Source: the human T2T-CHM13v2.0 reference genome, Homo sapiens
Length of the DNA stretch: 64,000 nt
Strand: one strand, 5' to 3'
NCBI RefSeq assembly: GCF_009914755.1
Contig: NC_060938.1
The notes under the pieces are model-generated. The model was not told the origin of the DNA. It did no database searches and saw only the letters and a list, made by a program, of their open reading frames with translations. Shown in pieces: positions 1 through 18,274 of this stretch. Both the position numbers and the translations under genes were made by a program. Position 1 is the stretch's first letter. Each line of letters opens with the position of its first letter.

Positions 1-226
1 TATCCCCTAAACAACAGAGTATAACAACTATTTATATAGCATTTACATTGTATTAGGTATCATAAGTAACCTAGAGATGATTTATATGGGAGGATTTATG
101 ATTTATAGTGGAGGATTGCATGGGTTATATGCAAATACTACACCATTTATATCAGGGACTTGAGTATCTGCAGATTTTGGTGGAGGGTCCTGGAACCAAT
201 CCCCCATGGGTACCGAAGAACAACTG
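1..226 (-). mobile_element. MER2 (TcMar-Tigger MITE), truncated by window start
   Basis: Matches reverse complement of recalled MER2 (ggttatatgcaaatactacaccattt...gggacttgag...tggaaccaatccccc); ends ...caactg followed by TA. Confidence 0.85.
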
Positions 227-289
227 TATATATACTTAAGTCTCTATCTCTCATTCATTCCACTTTTGCGAATCTGTCTTGTTTCCCTA

Positions 290-382
290 CTGTACAGATG
301 AGAAAAGGAGGTTTGGAAAGATCATCCCTTGCCCAAGACCACATAGTTGGTAAATGGTAGAGCTGGATACAAGCCCAGGTCA
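290..382 (-). mobile_element. MIR fragment
   Basis: acagatgag...cttgcccaagaccacatag...ggtagagctgg core. Confidence 0.7.
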
Positions 383-987
383 GCCCCTACCATCCCCAGA
401 CTACAACTACTGTGGTCCCCGAGACATTTTTGCCTGACACCTATCCCTGAAGGGGTCAGCTGCTATTTTTACACCTGTTACTATGCAGAAAGAGAAGTCT
501 CCCCCAGGACTCAGCTCTGCTGTGGATACCACATTAGCAGGTGGAAGAGGGGGGTTTACAGAATGGATTGCAGAGGACAGCAGTTCAGTCCTGGAAGTCT
601 TGGACCCATTTGAATTCCGTCATTCTCTTGTTGCCAGAAGCAGGATTAAGAGTTACTCCAGGTTATTTTAAACCAATAAAGGTTGTCAGGTGGCAGTCTG
701 CTCAGAGGTTCCCTGTTCAGCACTGTCACTCAATAGTAGCAAAAGACAACAAAGGTGTGGAAGTGAGTAGCTCTTTGCCTAGTGTCCTGCCCCAAGTCTG
801 GAAAGACAGTAGAGGTCTCACTGGTGTCACCCTCACTGGGAGTCTCCCTCCTCTATGGAATGGTGGAAGACTGTTCTCATCACTCTTTGATAATTTAAAT
901 CCCAGATCAGACCTGGGTACAGCTGATAATAATTGTTTCTCAAGCTTTTTCAGTTGATCTACTAGTAGATCTGAATACAGAGCCCAA

Positions 988-2001
<1,014 letters not shown>

Positions 2002-2424
2002 CTCTTGTGGCCAGCTTAGGAATTTGCCACTGGAACTATGGCAACGAGTCAGGAAGCTGGTATCAATGAGAAGAAAGTGGCCAGTCTAGAAATCATAAAA
2101 TGCCCAGGAGGATGGGTTCTGGTCACACCGAGAGAGCAGGCCAGGATAGGCTATATCTCTGAGATTCGAATACAGCTGGAATTTTATTCAGTGTACTCAG
2201 ATGTGCAAAAAAGGACAGGCTTCTTTGTGATTATTCTTATCTTCCTCTAAGGCTTCTATTGCCTCTGGTGGGGGCAGAGGACTTCACTTGTCTATGAAAG
2301 GTAACTCAGGAGAACTAATTTTCTTTCCATTTAGTACAGTCTCTTCCAGATGATCTCGGCCCCTCTTGAATAATGGTCTAGTCTTTCCAATCTCTCCCCA
2401 CCCCCTTGCTTGTTTAGCAAAGCT

Positions 2425-3161
<737 letters not shown>

Positions 3162-3914
3162 GATGGTATGCGGCTACAGAAGCATCAGGATGGGAAGGCA
3201 TGTGCTCGTGTCCTTGTGGGGGTGGAGGCCCGGAGGCCGTCTGCCACATCCTTCCCTGTCTTCACTGTAGGGTGGCTGGGCCGGGCTGGGCCCCCACCAT
3301 CCTATGCCTGCCACTGGCTTGCTCAAGTGAAGCTGGTCCCACCTGGCCCTTTTAGCCCCTACATCTGTGTTTCCTCTGGTCATTTGGTTTTTGCATTTTG
3401 TGGCGTCTCATTCTCCCCCAACCTTCTGGAATCCACTGGTTCTAAGGACTCAACCCCTTAGGGCTTTGGGCCCCCCAGCTGCCTCTACATTCACCTTGCA
3501 GGGCTCAGGGCTCTGTGAGGCTGTCCGGCAGCCCACCTTCAGCCTGGGGGGCCCATGTTGGACCCGGACCTTCCCTAAGACACTTGAGGAAAGAAAAAAC
3601 AGCCCCACTGTTCTGGAGTTTCCTAAACTTACCCAACAGGAGCCTTCTAAACCTACCCAAGTGGGGAGTGGGACCTGCTCCCCTTCCCTGCCCCACATAC
3701 ACTATTTGCCTTCTACCTTCTCTCTCCCTCAGCTTCCCACACTGGAGATACAGTCTATTTTCCCCCAGATGAGTGGGTGCTTAAGTTATCTCTACCTAAG
3801 GCTCGTAGTAGAAGTCAACATAGAACTCTAAGCTATACTTTTGATCGTTAAAGTGAACTTTTTAGAATTTAGAAAAAAAATTATCTACTCAAAACCAAGT
3901 CTTCCTTTCAAGAG

Positions 3915-4231
3915 TAGTGGCCTTAATTTTTTGATCATGCATTCCTAACAACAAAAAAAACTTAAGCACATACATAAATGTATATTTAATATATTTGTGT
4001 ATGCCATATATATTAATATATACTTGGTTATATATGTATATATGGTAACATGTATATCTGTATATGGTAGATATACATGTAACACTGTATTAATATATTA
4101 CATGCGTTATAACACATACATCCCAAAATGGACATTTTAAAAGATAAGGTAAAAAATGAAAATAACAATTCTAATATTTGCTTTCTGTCCCCATTGTGCT
4201 GTCTTGGGCACACCCCACTTTAGAGACAATT
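3915..4231 (-). mobile_element. hAT-Charlie-type MITE with AT-rich interior (subfamily uncertain)
   Basis: Degenerate TIR-like ends tagtggcctt... / ...caccccactttagagacaat. Confidence 0.5.
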
Positions 4232-4899
4232 TTTCACTACTATTGTCTTGCAAGGGATTAAAAAAAATGAATTTGGCAACCAAAACTAAGCAGTGAACTG
4301 GTTGTTCCCAACAGTATCTCTCTTTCCCTGAAGCATAGAAACCTGTTGATTAAATGAGTGGAGAGCCACAGAGCATCATGATTTAAGTGGAAAGAAAAAT
4401 ATACCCCTTCAATATATTCAAGAATATAAATTCCATTCCATGGAAACCAAATACAATGGGCTGGCCCTGATTGCTAAGGCCTGAGAGCAAAACAGACTTT
4501 CTCAGGAAGGAGAGCGGGAAGGAAGAGCCACCAGGAGGTGCACAGGGAACAGGGCAAAGAGTACTGAGTTCTGTGTGTTGGGAATAAAAAAGGACATGCA
4601 GTCGGAATCAGGGCTTCACTGTGTTTCCCATGGGCTGAGCAAATCCCCCTTTTGAATAGCATATGGCATTGCTAGTCCACATGGAAGTCCCCATGTCTGA
4701 ACACCAGTCCTGATTGTAGGTACAGTCATAGGACATCCTTGTACGTATAGCATTTCCCACATGGGAGCATTTGAGAACCCAGGAAGTCAGAGGAATTAAC
4801 TATAATTCTGTCCTTGCATTTCAATAAAGACCTCGGACAAAGACTGGGGGATTTCCAGCAACTAGTCACTTACCTTAGATTTGTTATGTTGGTTATGTT

Positions 4900-5085
4900 G
4901 CAGTGTGGTCAAGTAGAAAAGCAGAAAGTTCTTGAATCCTGGCTACTGCTTGTAAGTTAGCTGACTTTGGACAAGTTGACTGTGCTAAGCCTTGGTTTCC
5001 TGTCCATAAAATGGCCCAATACTAAATAATACAATCTATACATAGTGTCTATCATATCGCATGGCACACAGTAGGCATTTAGCAA
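4900..5085 (+). mobile_element. MIR fragment
   Basis: ttgaatcctggct..tgactttggacaagtt..ccttggtttcc..taaaatgg..tggcacacagtagg. Confidence 0.65.
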
Positions 5086-5319
5086 TCCCCATTAAAGTTA
5101 GCCAATAGGCAAAGGACAGACTTAATAAAAGTTTCCCCTCAAATTTCCTAGCATCTCCTACCTGCCTGATGCCTGCCCCTCCAACCAAATCTTGGAGGGG
5201 TTAAAGTGGTCTGTTTAAAAAAAAAAAACTTTTTAGGAATGTTTGACTTTTTAATTAACTTTAAAATTAATACAATTTTTGCATAAGAAACGACAATCAT
5301 TAGGAAAATTACCAATGAG

Positions 5320-5624
<305 letters not shown>

Positions 5625-5781
5625 TGAGCTTCTTACCATGTTTATTTTGAACCATCTCCCCTCCACTTCCATAGTATTTGCATCTGGATTTGATGCGAAC
5701 TCCCCAATCATGATACATTCACGTTTTTTATATGAAGCTCTTGAAAATCTGACCATCCTCAAAATCAAAAGGAGTGTATGA

Positions 5782-5905
5782 GGCCAGGTGTGGTGGCTCA
5801 GGCCTATAATCCCAGCACTTGGGGAGGCCAGGGTGGGAGATGGCTTGAGTCCAGGAGCCTGAGCAACATAGACCCTGTCTCCACAAAGAAACAAAAACAA
5901 AAAAA
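5782..5905 (+). mobile_element. FLAM/left Alu monomer
   Basis: Left arm only, followed by A-rich tail. Confidence 0.85.
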
Positions 5906-6630
5906 ATTTTTTTTAACTTGAAAAGATGTGTGTCACCCATCCCCAAACCTGGGACTTCAGGCTGTACGGCAGATGGTAGAAGTACTTATGTGAAGGCTGT
6001 GGGTGGGAGGAGACACTTCTCACTGCTGCTTGCAGCTGAACCTGCAGTAGCTCCCTACTGGAGGTGCAGGCATAAACCTGGCAAAGCCTCTATTGGGCCT
6101 GAAATGTCAGCAAACAGCCGCCACCTGTAGTTACTCGTGTGGGTACCAGCGCTATCCTCAGATGGCCTCTCTCACGGTCTCCCTGGAGGTGTGCTGGGTT
6201 CCGGGGGAATCACAGCTGAGCTGAGCCACTGGAGTCGGCTCACCAGATTTGCACAGAGCTGGCCTTCCAGGAAGTGGGGCAGCAAACTGGCAGGTGGGTG
6301 ACGAGGGTGGCAGGACAGGCGGTTGAAGCTGGGGATTGGAAATAATCCTCCTGGAGGTGTTTCTGGAAGGACAGATCTGTGGTAAGCATCACAGTGAGGG
6401 GCTTGGGCAGCCGAGAGCAGCTGGTGATGCGCAGGGAAGGAGGTGCCTGCTCCTATTTCTACTAAAGCCTACTCTGTTTATTTTTACTAAAATGTTTTAA
6501 AAATAAAATGTATAAAAAGACGAAGTTTTGAAAATTACAACACAGGCATGGTCTTTCTGCCCCCACGTTTGTCTTCACGTCTCTAGGGCGACCTGTTGGA
6601 GGCCCTCGTGGGCTCTGGCGGAGTGAGAAA

Positions 6631-6649
6631 CACTGCCACCTGCTGGGCC
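6631..6649 (-). promoter_or_regulatory. CTCF core motif
   Basis: Minus strand GGCCCAGCAGGTGGCAGTG fits CCASYAGRKGGCRS at every position; lies in non-repeat sequence. Confidence 0.65.
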
Positions 6650-7085
6650 TTTTGAGAATGTCAGTGAACTCCGCCCGCCAAACCCAGTTCCAAACCTTCC
6701 CCTCAGTTGCAGGTTCCGAGATCTGTGGCAGGCTTTGCCACTGGCCCCAGGAAGGAGTTACTCAGCTGACCAGAATATAGAGATAATCAGCTAGACCTTG
6801 TTTTTTACCTTGAAGAGAACTGGATTAAGTGAAAATTTCAATACTTGCCTCCTGAAATAATCTATTTTGTCCTACAATTTTATTGCCTCCATAGAAATGA
6901 ATACAGCCAAATAGCACTAGATTAGATAAGCAGAACTGTCCTTTAATAGCTTCAGCCTTATCAGCTACGGGACATGGGGCAACCTTCAATTTAGTAGTTA
7001 TATCTACCACACAGAATTATTTTAAGGATCCAAAAATCTTGGCACATAGTAAATGCTCAATAAATATTAATAGTAGCTCTTATTC

Positions 7086-7366
7086 TTTTTTATTTTTTGA
7101 CACGGTCTCATTCTGTTGCCCAGGCTGGAGTGCAGTGGCACAATTATAGCTCACTGGAGTCTTGAATTCCCAGGCTCAATTAATCCTCCCACTTTAGCCT
7201 CTTGAGTAGCTGGGACTAAATCGTGCCTCGCTAATTTTTGTATTTTTTGTAAAAACGGGGTGTCGCCATGTTGCCCAGGCTGGTCTCCAACTCCTGGGTT
7301 CAAGCTATCATCTGCCTTGCCCTCCCAAAGTGCTGGGATTACAGACATGAGCCATGGCACCTGGTT
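7086..7366 (-). mobile_element. AluJ
   Basis: Diverged reverse Alu. Confidence 0.9.
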
Positions 7367-8017
7367 TTATTATTCTTAATTTGGTTCTAAAATACTATAT
7401 AATCTAAGAAGATGGTAATATTAACCCATTATTAACCTAATATTTGGTCAGGGAGTGTATTTTAGATAAGCCTCTTTGTTCTCTTTGGCTAGGGTTCGGT
7501 CCTAAGTGAGGCATAGATCATGGGAATATTCTATGATGATGGAAATGGGCTATGCCAGCCCTACCCACTCTGTTATGCAGGGTCATCCTGCTCTACCATT
7601 CTCATTTTCTCGAAAAACAAAAAAAGAAACCAAAAAAGCACACACACATTGCAACATACACCAAGAACTCTGACCAGAATGTGCTGACCAGAAAAACTAC
7701 AGCTGACACGTGGAGGAGAGGAGATAAAGGCTGTGAGGATTTCTTTTTTTCTTGAACCCCGGAAGGCCAATGTGTCTGGGCACGTTTACTTCTGGCCTTA
7801 GAATTTTAATGTAAGCCACTAATTAAAGTTCAGATGTGATTCACCAGCACATTAAAACAAAACAAAACAAAAACCCCTAATATATTGAAACAAGTGAGAG
7901 GAGGGTGGATGATGAGAAATTACTTAATGGGCACGATATACATTATTCTGGTGATGAATGCATTGAAGCCCAGACTTCACCACTAACAAGATACCCATGT
8001 AAGAAAATTGCATTTGT

Positions 8018-8716
<699 letters not shown>

Positions 8717-8861
8717 AAGAAAATTGCATTTGTGCCCCTTAAATTTATGCAAATAAAAAAGAAACATATTGAAACAAAGCAAAACAAAAATTAGAGAGGC
8801 CATCTAACGGCAAAGCCCTGTGTGCTGGGGAGTGCAGGGGGTGGGGGAATGGAGGAGAAGA

Positions 8862-9410
8862 TGTTACAGGAAAGGGGTCCCCATCTAGACTCCAAGAGAG
8901 GGTTCTTGGATCTCATGCAAGAAAGAATTCAGGGCCAGCCCACAGTGCAAAGCAAAAACAAATTTATTAAGAAAGTAAAGGAATAAAAAGATGACTACTC
9001 CATAGACAGAGCAGCCCCGAGGGCTGCTGGCTGCCCATTTTTATAGTTATTTCTTGATGATATGCTAAACAAGGGGTGGATTATTCATGCCTCCCCTTTT
9101 TAGACCATATAGGGTAACTTCCTGACGTTGCCATGGCATTTGTAAACTGTCATGGCACTAATGAGAGTGTAGCAGTGAGGATGACCAGAGGTCACTCTTG
9201 TGGCTATCTTGGTTTTGGTGTGTTTTGGCCAGCTTTTTTACTGCAACCTGTTTTATCAGCAAAGTCTCTATGACCTGTATTTTGTGCCGCCCTTTTACCT
9301 TATCCTGTCATTTAGAATGTCTTAACCGTCTGGGAATGCAGCCCAGTAGGTTTCAGCCTCATTTTACCCAGCTCCTGTTCAGAGTTGCTCTGGTTCACAG
9401 GCCTCTGACA
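8862..9410 (-). mobile_element. MER41A-type ERV1 solo LTR
   Basis: tgttacaggaaaggggtcc...gcctctgaca, ~550 bp, TG..CA; lacks the MER41B tandem-GAS segment. Confidence 0.88.
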
Positions 9411-9950
9411 GGACCACAATAGGAAACTCACTTAGCTAAACATCTGCCAAGACAGTGAGAGAGAAAAGAGGAGGGGAGGGAGAGGGAAGGTAAGAGAAAG
9501 TGAGAACAAGGTTCTGTAGAGCCAGGAAACCACCCCCTGAGCAGCTCCCTTTCTCTGCAAGACTTGCAGTGGAGGGCATGAAGCATAACCAGATGCAGCT
9601 CCTCTGTGAGGAGACTCAGGGCCTAGGACTGTTCCTTGGCGTTCAAACTGTTGCAGGATTGTACCTGAGCCTCAGCCCTTGATAGTTTTCATCAGATACC
9701 CTCCTGGCCTGATGTGAAACCAGGCAGCACTCCATTCATACACAAGTTTCCCCTTTGTTCACAGAGGTGCAATCTACACAAAACGCGCAGTGAAAATGTG
9801 CACATGTTTTTAGGGGGAGACTTTGTGTTGGCATATCCCAACTTAGGAATCCATTGAACTGAGCATTGCAGGTATGTACTCATATAAATTATGTCCTGTG
9901 AAAAATAGGAAAGAAGAGCACATCTGATCACTGTAAAAGCAGTTAATTCG

Positions 9951-10260
<310 letters not shown>

Positions 10261-10264
10261 TTAA

Positions 10265-10515
10265 TTTTTTTTTTTTAAACAGGGTCTCACTGCAACCTCT
10301 GCCTCCTGGGTTCAAGTGATTCTTGTGCCTCAGCCTCCCAAGTAGCTTGGACTACAGGTGCCCGCCACCATGTCTGGCTAATTTTTGTATTTTTTGCTAG
10401 AGACAAGGTTTCACCATGTTGGCCAGGCTGGTCTCAAACTCCTGACCTCAAGTGATTTGTCCACCTTGTCCTCCTAAAGTGCTGGGATTACAGGCATAAG
10501 CCACTGCACCCAGCT
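10265..10515 (-). mobile_element. AluS with internal deletion
   Basis: Reverse Alu missing ~40 bp between two ctcac words. Confidence 0.9.
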
Positions 10516-11099
10516 GTAAAAGCAGTTAATTCTATCTTGTAGTCTCATGAATGGGCATTGTTGACAGACGAAAGACCACCCTCAAATTCAACCAATCATA
10601 ACTCAGCAATGCCCAACACCTGTCATTGGGGTTTAGTGACTGAACCTGGGCTTAGCTGCTTTGTTATAAGCAAATTAGATGAATTGAAAGAGTTGAATCA
10701 TTTGTGCTTGTTAACAGCAATTAAACAAAACAAGAGATTGCAGTAAGAGAAAAAAATTGAACCAGGTCATTCACAAGGTAAAGAAGCCAGCTTTGGCAGG
10801 TTATAGCTTGTTTATGTGTGACTTCAGCCTTAGGTAGTTGTAATATAATCAAGGGATGGAGTAGGGTCAGGAGTATAGCCTGCAAGTTCTTTAGGAAGTG
10901 TATGACATGCATTTTATTTCAATGCTAATCTAAAATCATAGCAACGTGAGCATAATTTGGTTCATTTTTATGTCCACTCTGAATTTATGACAGATTTCTA
11001 CCATGTGACTTCAAAGTGATGCTTTGCATATATGTTTATGATTACCTTGGGGCCATATGATTATCCAAAGTGACAAACTTTAAATTTTCCAAAATAGAC

Positions 11100-12230
<1,131 letters not shown>

Positions 12231-12409
12231 TAAGAGTTTAACTTTTAATGCAATCTTTTTCAAATTAAAGTATTCTAAAGGACTCCTCAAGTTATAAATT
12301 GGCTGAACACTTGGTTTAAGTTCCTGGAGAGCTTTATAAAGCTTTATAACTCCTTGCAGCATAATGAGGTCACAGGGTAAACCCATGGATGTTCAAATCT
12401 CAACATAGA

Positions 12410-14275
12410 GTGTAGAAGCATCTTCTATGTTCACTGAAATTCCTTTCCGTTTCTTCCTAGGTACTCAGGTAGGCTCACTGTCCCAGCCTCCCTTGCATTT
12501 AGATGTAGCCAGTTCATTCTGGCTAATGAACTGTGAGTGGGAGTGGTCAAAATGGTTAAGAAATTAATGTGTCAAGATAACCAGACAGGTCAGTATAGAA
12601 AAGTCAATTGTATGTCTTTGGAAAGTGAAATTGCAAAAATAGTTCCCTTGTCAATAACATCAAAAAACACTAGCTAGGAATAAACAACAAAAGATATGTA
12701 AGACTTCTATACCAAAAACTACAAAAAAAGAGGCATATACTACTATGTCCATGGATTGAAAGAATATTATAAAGCTGTTAACTTCCCCAAATTTATTTAT
12801 AGATTCAATTCAATTCCAATCAAAATCCCAGCAGACTTATATGTGTACATGTAAAAACTGATAAGCAAATTTTGAAATGCAAAGTGCTAAGCACAGCAAA
12901 GACAATCTTGAGGAAGAACAAAGATAGAAGATATAAAGCACTGATTTTTAAGCTACCATAACTAAAAGTGCATGATAGCAGAGAGAGCATAAACAAATAG
13001 ACCAATATAATAAAATAGAGTCCCCAAATGGACCCACACATAAACAGTCACCTAATTTGCAACAAAGTTCCCACTGCAATGAAGTGGGAGGAAGAATGGT
13101 GTTATTCAACCAGGAAAAAACAAACCTTGATCTCTACATCATATCAAACGCAAAAATAAATTACAGATAAATCATAGACCTACATGTGAAAGGCAAAATA
13201 ATAAAGCTTCTAAAAGATAACATAGAATATCTTCATGACCTTGAGGTAGACAAAGATTTCTTGAATGGTTCACAAAAAAATACTAACCATAAAAGAAAAG
13301 ATTGACATTTCATAATTTTGTTAACGTTCAAAACTTCTGTTTATCAAGAATACCATGTAGAGAGTGAAAAGGAAAGCTCCAGAGTATGAGAGTATATCTG
13401 CAATACATATACTTGACAAAGAATTCATATCCAGAATATATAAATAACTTCTTCAAACCAATAAGAAAAGAACAGACTTCCCAATAGAAAAGTAGGCCAA
13501 AGCCTTGGACAGGAAATTCCCAAAACAGAATATCAAAATGGCTAATGAACCTATTAAAAGAGTCCTCAATAACATTAGTCATTAGGAAAATGCAAGTTAA
13601 AACCACAAGGAGACATCACTGCAGCCATACCAGCATAGCTAAATGAAAAAGAGACAATACCAAGTGTCAGCAAGGAGGTGGAGCAACTGGAAGTCTCATG
13701 CAATGCTGACGGGCATGTGGATTTGTCTAATCACTTTGGAAAACTATTTGCCAACATATACCAAATCTTTGCATATGTATGCCCTATGACCCAGGAATTC
13801 TACTTCTAGGTACATGCCCAACAGAAATGTACACGTACGTGCACCAAAAGACACATTCATAATAGCTTTATTGATAATAGCTTAAAACGGAAAACAACCT
13901 AATGCCCATTAGTAGTAGAATGAATGAATAAATCATGGTATGTTCATGCAATGGAATATTATACAGCAATGAAAGAGAATGAACTGTTGCTTCACGTCAC
14001 AGTATGGATGAATCTCCCAAAGTGTTTTACGAAAGAAATGAGTGTACCTTCCTCATGCTGTCTTTTTTCATCTGCCAACTAAACGGCCAAGACTCCAAGG
14101 ACCTAGAAAAGGATGGAGCCACAAAGTAGAGAGAGCTTGGGGGACCCTGAATGACTATGTGGGAGGCTTACCTGGCCAGGAACAGTCACCTTGTATTGTG
14201 ACGAGTGAAAATAACTTTTATTGTGTTAATCGACTGAGAATTTGGATCATCTGTTACAGCAGCCAGCATTCATTC
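12410..14275 (+). mobile_element. Old MLT1 (I/J-type) LTR split by an L1
   Basis: Left part tcccagcctcccttgca..ttctggctaatg (12410-12570); right part gatggagccacaa..ctgaatgact..tttattgtgtt..ctgttacagcagccagc (14040-14275). Confidence 0.65.
12575..14035 (+). mobile_element. Old L1 (L1M/L1ME) ORF2 end plus 3' UTR, degenerate
   Basis: tgtccatggattgaaaga, atagattcaa..ccaatcaaaatcccagcag, attagtcattaggaaaatgcaa, tatgacccag..tgcaccaaaagaca. Confidence 0.85.
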
Positions 14276-14468
14276 TCCTAGGTGGTAAATAGGGCAAAAC
14301 ACATTATGTGATAACAGATGGTACCATCAGAATGTGCTGGAGAAGCTCATGAGAAGAGAGCCTACCAGGAGCTGGCATGGACAGGAAAGGTCTCTTACCT
14401 TCAACAAGAGCTAGAACTCAGATGGAACGCTGAGCTTAGATAAGTGACTAGAGAGAGCAAGATCCTAC

Positions 14469-15019
14469 TGTCAGAGGCATGCGAACGAGAACAACTCCAT
14501 CTTGAATAGGGGCTGGGTAAAATAAGGCTGAAACCTACTAGGCTGCATTCCCAGAAGGTTAGGCATTCTAGTCACAGGATGAGATAGGAGGTCGGCACAA
14601 GACACAGGTCATGAAGACCTTGCTGATAAAACAGGTTGCAGTAAAGAAGCCGGCTAAATCTCACCAGAACCAAGATGGCCACGAGACTGGCCTCTGGTCA
14701 TCCTCACTGCTACACTCCCACCAGCGCCATGATGGTTTACAAATGCCATGGCAATGACAGGAAGTTATCCTATATGGTCTAAAAAGGGAGGCGTGAATAA
14801 TCCACCCCTTGTTTAGCATGTAATCAAGAAATAAACACAAAAAATGGGCAACCAGCAGCCCTCGGGGCTGCTCTGTCCATGAAGTAGCCATTCTTTTGTT
14901 CCTTTACTTTCCTAATAAACTTGCTTCACTTTACTCTATGGACTTGCCCTGAATTCTTTCTTGTGTGAGATCCAAGAACCCTCTCTTGGGGTCTGGATTG
15001 GGTCCCCTTTCCTGTACCA
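14469..15019 (+). mobile_element. MER41A-type ERV1 solo LTR
   Basis: tgtcagaggc...cccctttcctgtacca; TSD ctac/ctgc; aataaa present. Confidence 0.88.
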
Positions 15020-15995
15020 CTGCCAGGCGGGGGCAGAGGCACATGCTAAGGACAGGTAGAGAGCACCCAGTTCCTGCACGGGGAAGACAGGGTAGGGCCA
15101 GCTTTTGCAGAGGCCCCGTCATGCCCTGAAGGATCTTGGAAAAGAAGGGTTAAAGGCTGTTCTTTCCTTAGTAGAGCTGCCACCCACAATTTGAAATGAC
15201 ATATGTGCTCCGCCTACGCATTCAGGGCAGTTTCATGGGAGATGTGCGTAATTCCTTTAACCTGACAACATGACCTAGTGTCTCCTCTTTATTTTATAAT
15301 GATCTACTTTTAAGAGAATTTATGGAGTCTGATGAATAGCTTCACATTTTTTCCTTTGAACTCCCAGATGCTGACCATATTCCAAATTCCAGCTGAAGTT
15401 CCCAGCCCTTCACCAGAGCCGTCTGGTAAATTTCTAACACTCCCCAGGACATTCCTGTTTCCTGCTGAGAAAGAAGAAAACAACAGTGCTTCCCTGAGGG
15501 CGGTTTGCTTCAGCCCCCAGGACTGGAAACTCCATTTTAGGAAAAGTGTTTACAAGGGTATAAAACTCGGAGAGGAAATGGCCTGGGAGTCTCTTGGGAA
15601 ACCATCTGCGACCCCATCCTAAGGGTTTGCTGCAGAATTCTGTGGCATTCCTCAGCAGTGGGGCTGCCTAGGACATTCACTCTGATTTTGAAAATACATT
15701 GAAGTGCAAGTGTGTGTGCCAGTGGGCATCTGAAACAGCCCTGAGAAAATGACAGGCAAAGGTAAAAGAAGTGGGGGAGATAAAGAGAGAAGGAGGGAGG
15801 TGAAAGGCCTTTTTCTGCAAAAAGATCTCTTCCATGCATTTGAATATTTTTTAGGTACGGAAATATTCAAACATACAAAAATAGAGAAGATAGTGAAATG
15901 AACTACCATGTATTAAGTCATCCGGCTTCAACAAATATCGACATTTTGTACATCTTTTTCACCTATCTGCCCCCTCCTTTTTTTTTGCGGTAGAG

Positions 15996-16219
15996 CTGGG
16001 ATTGGTAAATGACAATCCCATGGGCCAAATCCAGCCTGCCTCCTGTTCTTGTAAACAAAGTTTTATTGCAACACGGCCATGCCATTCACTTATGTATTTT
16101 CCATAGCTGCTTTTGCAACACAACAGCAAGGCTGAGCAGTCATGATAGAGACCATATGGCCCTCAAAAGCTAAAATATTTGCTATCCGGTCCTTTACAGA
16201 AAAAATTTGCTGGCCCCTA
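15996..16219 (+). mobile_element. MER58A (hAT-Charlie MITE)
   Basis: gggccaaatccagcctgcc..aaagttttattg..agagaccatatggccc..aaaatatttgctatccggtcctttacagaaaaa. Confidence 0.85.
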
Positions 16220-16231
16220 CACTAGAGTCAT

Positions 16232-16420
16232 TGCTGGGACCATAGGTGTGCACCACCACACCTGGCTAATTTTTATTATTATTATTATTAGTAGTAGTAG
16301 TAGTAGAGTCAGAGTCTTGCTATATTGCTGAGGCTGGTCTTCAATTCCTGGGCTCAAGCGATCCTCCCACCTCAGCCTCCCAAAGTGCCATGATTACAGG
16401 TGTGAGCCACTGCACTAGGC
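16232..16420 (-). mobile_element. Partial AluJ
   Basis: Left arm plus part of right arm; (att)n/(agt)n in the linker. Confidence 0.85.
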
Positions 16421-16604
16421 TTAGAGTCCTAAAGCAAATACTAGACATCATATTATTTCATCTGGCTTCAAGTTTCCATCTCTAGCAGGTAAGAACTTTA
16501 TAACTACCATACCAATAATGAAATGACCATGCCTAACAAAATTAGTAATTCCATCACCTCATCTCATTTATAATCTGTGTTGCAAATTACCCTAATATCT
16601 TGTG

Positions 16605-16738
16605 TTTTTTTTTTTTTTAAATAGAAACAGGGTCTCGCTATGTTGCCCAGGTTAGTCTTGAACTCCTGGGCTGAAGTGGTCCTCTCGTCTCGGTCTCCCA
16701 AAGTGCTGGGATTACAGGCGTGAGCCACCACGCCCAGC
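16605..16738 (-). mobile_element. FLAM/left Alu monomer
   Basis: polyT plus left arm. Confidence 0.85.
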
Positions 16739-16960
16739 GCCCCCCAATATCTTTAAAAATATCTTTTTACAGTTATTTTTTTTACATCCTGATCTAAATA
16801 AAGTTCTCACATTGCATTTGGTTGATATATCTCTTAAGTATTTCTTAATCCGTTGTCATTTCTCCCTTACCCCCTTGCCTTCTTTCAATTACATTTATGT
16901 GTTAAAGAAACCAGGTCGTTTGTCCTCTGCAATCCCCACATGCTGGATATGGCTGGTTGA

Positions 16961-17296
<336 letters not shown>

Positions 17297-17776
17297 AACT
17301 GCAGTGCATTTTTAAGTGTCTGGGCCACATGAGGTGAAGTGGGAAAGGCCCCATTGCCCTTTCCAAGGGAGATGGGTGGAAAGATGTAGAATGAGAAGTC
17401 AATCGAATCAGACTGAGCATTGCCCCTTCAGGATGTGGAGGAGAGTATCAATTATAGTGACTTCTAAGGCTCGTGTAATGTAAACTGGTCCAGAAAGAAT
17501 AAAATGTTATTTAACCTAACAAATGTCAGAGCTTATGGTACACAAGGAGTGGGAATAAAATCATATTAACATGAGGAACATCAATAGAATGATACAGGTG
17601 AGACACATACCATCTAGAACACTACACTATTTATATAAATTACAAGTACAAACAAAAAACCTCTATCTACTTGACAAGGACCTGCAGCAAACCCCAGAGT
17701 GGGTGCCTTTGGAAGGAGGCAGGGTTGGGAGAGACGATTGATGAGGAAAGGAAAAGACCAAGCAGAAGAGGAGGTA

Positions 17777-18274
<498 letters not shown>

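Noticed and set aside
12575-14035. L1 ORF2 as a coding region
   Set aside because: Heavily degenerate, with stops and deletions
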